Shown here one piece after another: positions 6,802-8,835 of a stretch of DNA of 8,835 nucleotides. The notes beneath the pieces are model-generated. The model saw nothing but the letters and a program-made list of their open reading frames with translations. It was not told the DNA's origin and made no database searches. Each line of letters starts with the position of its first letter. Within the stretch, counting starts at the first letter, position 1. Origin of the DNA: a virus (lineage: Duplodnaviria > Heunggongvirae > Uroviricota > Caudoviricetes). The position numbers and the translations under genes were made by a program. Location: IMG/VR virus record IMGVR_UViG_2663763227_000005, one strand, 5' to 3'.

Positions 6802-7487
6802 GTCTGTGATATTGGCATAGGTATAAGTGTCCGCTATATGGGTGGCATTACGCCACCTTGCCATCTAGCTAGTCCGCCCACCACTGCATCATTTCTCTGC
6901 GCTTAACGTAGCGGATGCCTCACTATCACACGGTGATGGTTCATTACTGCTTTGTAGAATGGATAGAGAACTGAGGATTAAAAGATATCCCAAAACCCCA
7001 AAATCTCATCTTTAGGATTTGCAGAAAGGGAGGCGTGAACAGATGCCTGCGCATGAAGACGGAACTAGTCCAGATGTGATATTTGTGGTGATCACATACA
7101 TCATCAACGATGCTCGTTATGGTGAGTTTGATGACTACCCGCTGAAGTGAAAATTGTTTTGTGTACCAAATTGCGTACCAAACTAAAATCACAAATCATG
7201 AAGCCCTTGTTCATGGCGGTTCTCAGGGGTGTTGCGCGTAATCGTGAAACAAAAAGGTAGATTGTTGCTTACCGTCATTCATCATTAGGTTAAATCCGTT
7301 GTTTCTGCTGTCTGCCAGAGTATCAAATATCACCGTGCTAATCAGCTTTAGCGCGACAATTTGGCAGCGAGTGGCAACAGATCATGTCAGATAAAAATGA
7401 GAGGGTAGTCACATTTTCTTGCACTTTATTCCAGCCAGTTCATAAGTATTTCCGTAAAAAGAACAGCTATTTGAAACTCCTGAGGGT

Positions 7488-8660
7488 TTGCTGTTGAAAC
7501 GCCGTCTTATTATTGCTGCTTCTTTGTTCGTTTTTAATTTATCGTCTGGTTTTGCGGCGGAAAACATTCCTTTTTCACCTCAACCTCCAGAGATTCATGC
7601 CGGGTCCTGGGTATTGATGGATTACACCACCGGTCAGATTCTCACCGCGGGTAATGAGCATCAACAGCGCAATCCCGCCAGCCTGACAAAGCTGATGACG
7701 GGCTATGTCGTGGATCGCGCTATCGATAGTCATCGCATTACGCCAGACGATATTGTCACCGTGGGGCGTGATGCGTGGGCGAAAGATAATCCGGTGTTTG
7801 TCGGTTCTTCACTGATGTTTTTGAAAGAGGGCGATCGCGTATCGGTACGTGATTTAAGCCGTGGTTTAATTGTGGATTCCGGAAATGACGCTTGTGTTGC
7901 ACTGGCTGACTATATTGCCGGTGGGCAACGGCAGTTTGTTGAAATGATGAACAACTATGCCGAGAAGCTGCATCTCAAGGATACGCATTTTGAAACAGTG
8001 CATGGTCTGGATGCACCTGGCCAGCATAGCTCGGCTTATGATTTAGCTGTGCTTTCTCGCGCTATCATCCACGGCGAGCCCGAGTTTTATCATATGTACA
8101 GTGAGAAAAGCCTCACCTGGAACGGTATCACCCAGCAAAACCGTAACGGGTTATTGTGGGATAAAACCATGAATGTTGACGGCCTGAAAACGGGTCATAC
8201 TTCTGGTGCCGGGTTTAATCTCATTGCTTCGGCTGTAGATGGGCAGCGTCGTCTCATTGCAGTGGTAATGGGGGCTGACAGCGCAAAAGGTCGTGAGGAA
8301 GAGGCAAGAAAATTACTGCGTTGGGGTCAACAAAACTTTACTACGGTGCAAATTTTGCACCGTGGGAAAAAGGTTGGTACGGAACGCATCTGGTATGGCG
8401 ATAAAGAAAATATCGCCCTGGGAACGGAACAAGAGTTCTGGATGGTGCTACCGAAAGCCGAAATTCCACATATCAAAGCCAAATATACCCTTGATGGTAA
8501 AGAACTCACCGCGCCAATTAGCGCCCATCAGCGGGTAGGGGAAATTGAACTTTACGACCGTGATAAACAGGTGGCGCACTGGCCGCTGGTTACCCTGGAA
8601 TCTGTCGGGGAAGGCAGCATGTTTTCCCGGCTGAGTGATTATTTCCACCATAAGGACTGA
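7488..8660 (+). CDS. dacD: D-alanyl-D-alanine carboxypeptidase DacD (PBP6b), a host gene. It has a non-ATG start: TTG at 7488, or TTG at 7494 with better SD spacing.
   Basis: The protein matches E. coli DacD essentially along its full length as I remember it (signal peptide LIIAASLFVFNLSSGFA, SxxK motif in PASLTKLMT, SGN, KTG). GAGGG (7482-7486) lies upstream. Confidence 0.9.
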   Translation: MLLKRRLIIAASLFVFNLSSGFAAENIPFSPQPPEIHAGSWVLMDYTTGQILTAGNEHQQRNPASLTKLMTGYVVDRAIDSHRITPDDIVTVGRDAWAKDNPVFVGSSLMFLKEGDRVSVRDLSRGLIVDSGNDACVALADYIAGGQRQFVEMMNNYAEKLHLKDTHFETVHGLDAPGQHSSAYDLAVLSRAIIHGEPEFYHMYSEKSLTWNGITQQNRNGLLWDKTMNVDGLKTGHTSGAGFNLIASAVDGQRRLIAVVMGADSAKGREEEARKLLRWGQQNFTTVQILHRGKKVGTERIWYGDKENIALGTEQEFWMVLPKAEIPHIKAKYTLDGKELTAPISAHQRVGEIELYDRDKQVAHWPLVTLESVGEGSMFSRLSDYFHHKD

Positions 8661-8835
8661 CCTTTCTTTTGCAGCAGACTGGCAGGAGTGCGAGTCTGCT
8701 CGCATAATCAACACTCATTCCTTGTGGTTTTAATATTGCAACTATACTGTATATAAAAGGGTCTTCCCCGATCATGGTGGGAAGACTCAGTACGCCATAT
8801 TCAGTTTCCCATAGTGGAACATAACTCCCAGTTTA

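Noticed and set aside
6944-7192. Minus-strand ORF of 82 aa in the junction region.
   Set aside because: No SD and an aromatic-rich, odd composition. Likely a chance open frame in AT-rich intergenic DNA.
7419-7447. Possible dacD sigma70 promoter: TTGCAC, 17 bp, ATAAGT.
   Set aside because: The -10 match is poor, so it is not reliable enough to annotate.
6802-7487. Search for a tRNA gene or tmRNA 3' end as the integration target.
   Set aside because: No T-loop-like GGTTCGAATCC or GTTCGA motif or acceptor-CCA architecture was found on either strand.
8293-8775. ORFs overlapping dacD on both strands (8293-8538 plus; 8327-8509, 8448-8714 and 8590-8775 minus).
   Set aside because: They lie within or antisense to the conserved dacD coding sequence.
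8673-8786. Two stem-loops after dacD: AGCAGACT...AGTCTGCT (8673-8700) and GTCTTCC...GGAAGAC (8761-8786).
   Set aside because: No U-tract follows either, so they are not called as intrinsic terminators. They could be REP-like or structural elements, but the evidence is insufficient.

Overview
The window is the right-hand end of a P22-like (podovirus-type) prophage or prophage remnant (about 1-6800), next to the host gene dacD (7488-8660). No tRNA, CRISPR array, IS element or integrase was seen. The phage part carries a complete immI-type immunity module: mnt (minus strand), a divergent promoter/operator region, arc, ant, and then a tailspike gene. Four things depart from the canonical P22 layout and are the main leads. 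(1) A ClpP-fold serine protease gene sits in the sieA slot and is translationally coupled to mnt, making it a candidate lysogen-expressed exclusion or defence function. (2) A CxxC...CxxC zinc-ribbon ORF is inserted between arc and ant. (3) A sar-like antisense RNA unit (strong leftward promoter inside the ant 5' end plus a hairpin) is conserved in position despite that insertion. (4) The tailspike has a P22-type head-binding N-terminus fused to about 780 aa of unrecognised receptor-binding sequence. Upstream, a Bro-N protein and two unassigned ORFs end at a terminator facing the mnt operon. All calls rest on reading the sequence and on remembered family signatures; no database search was run.
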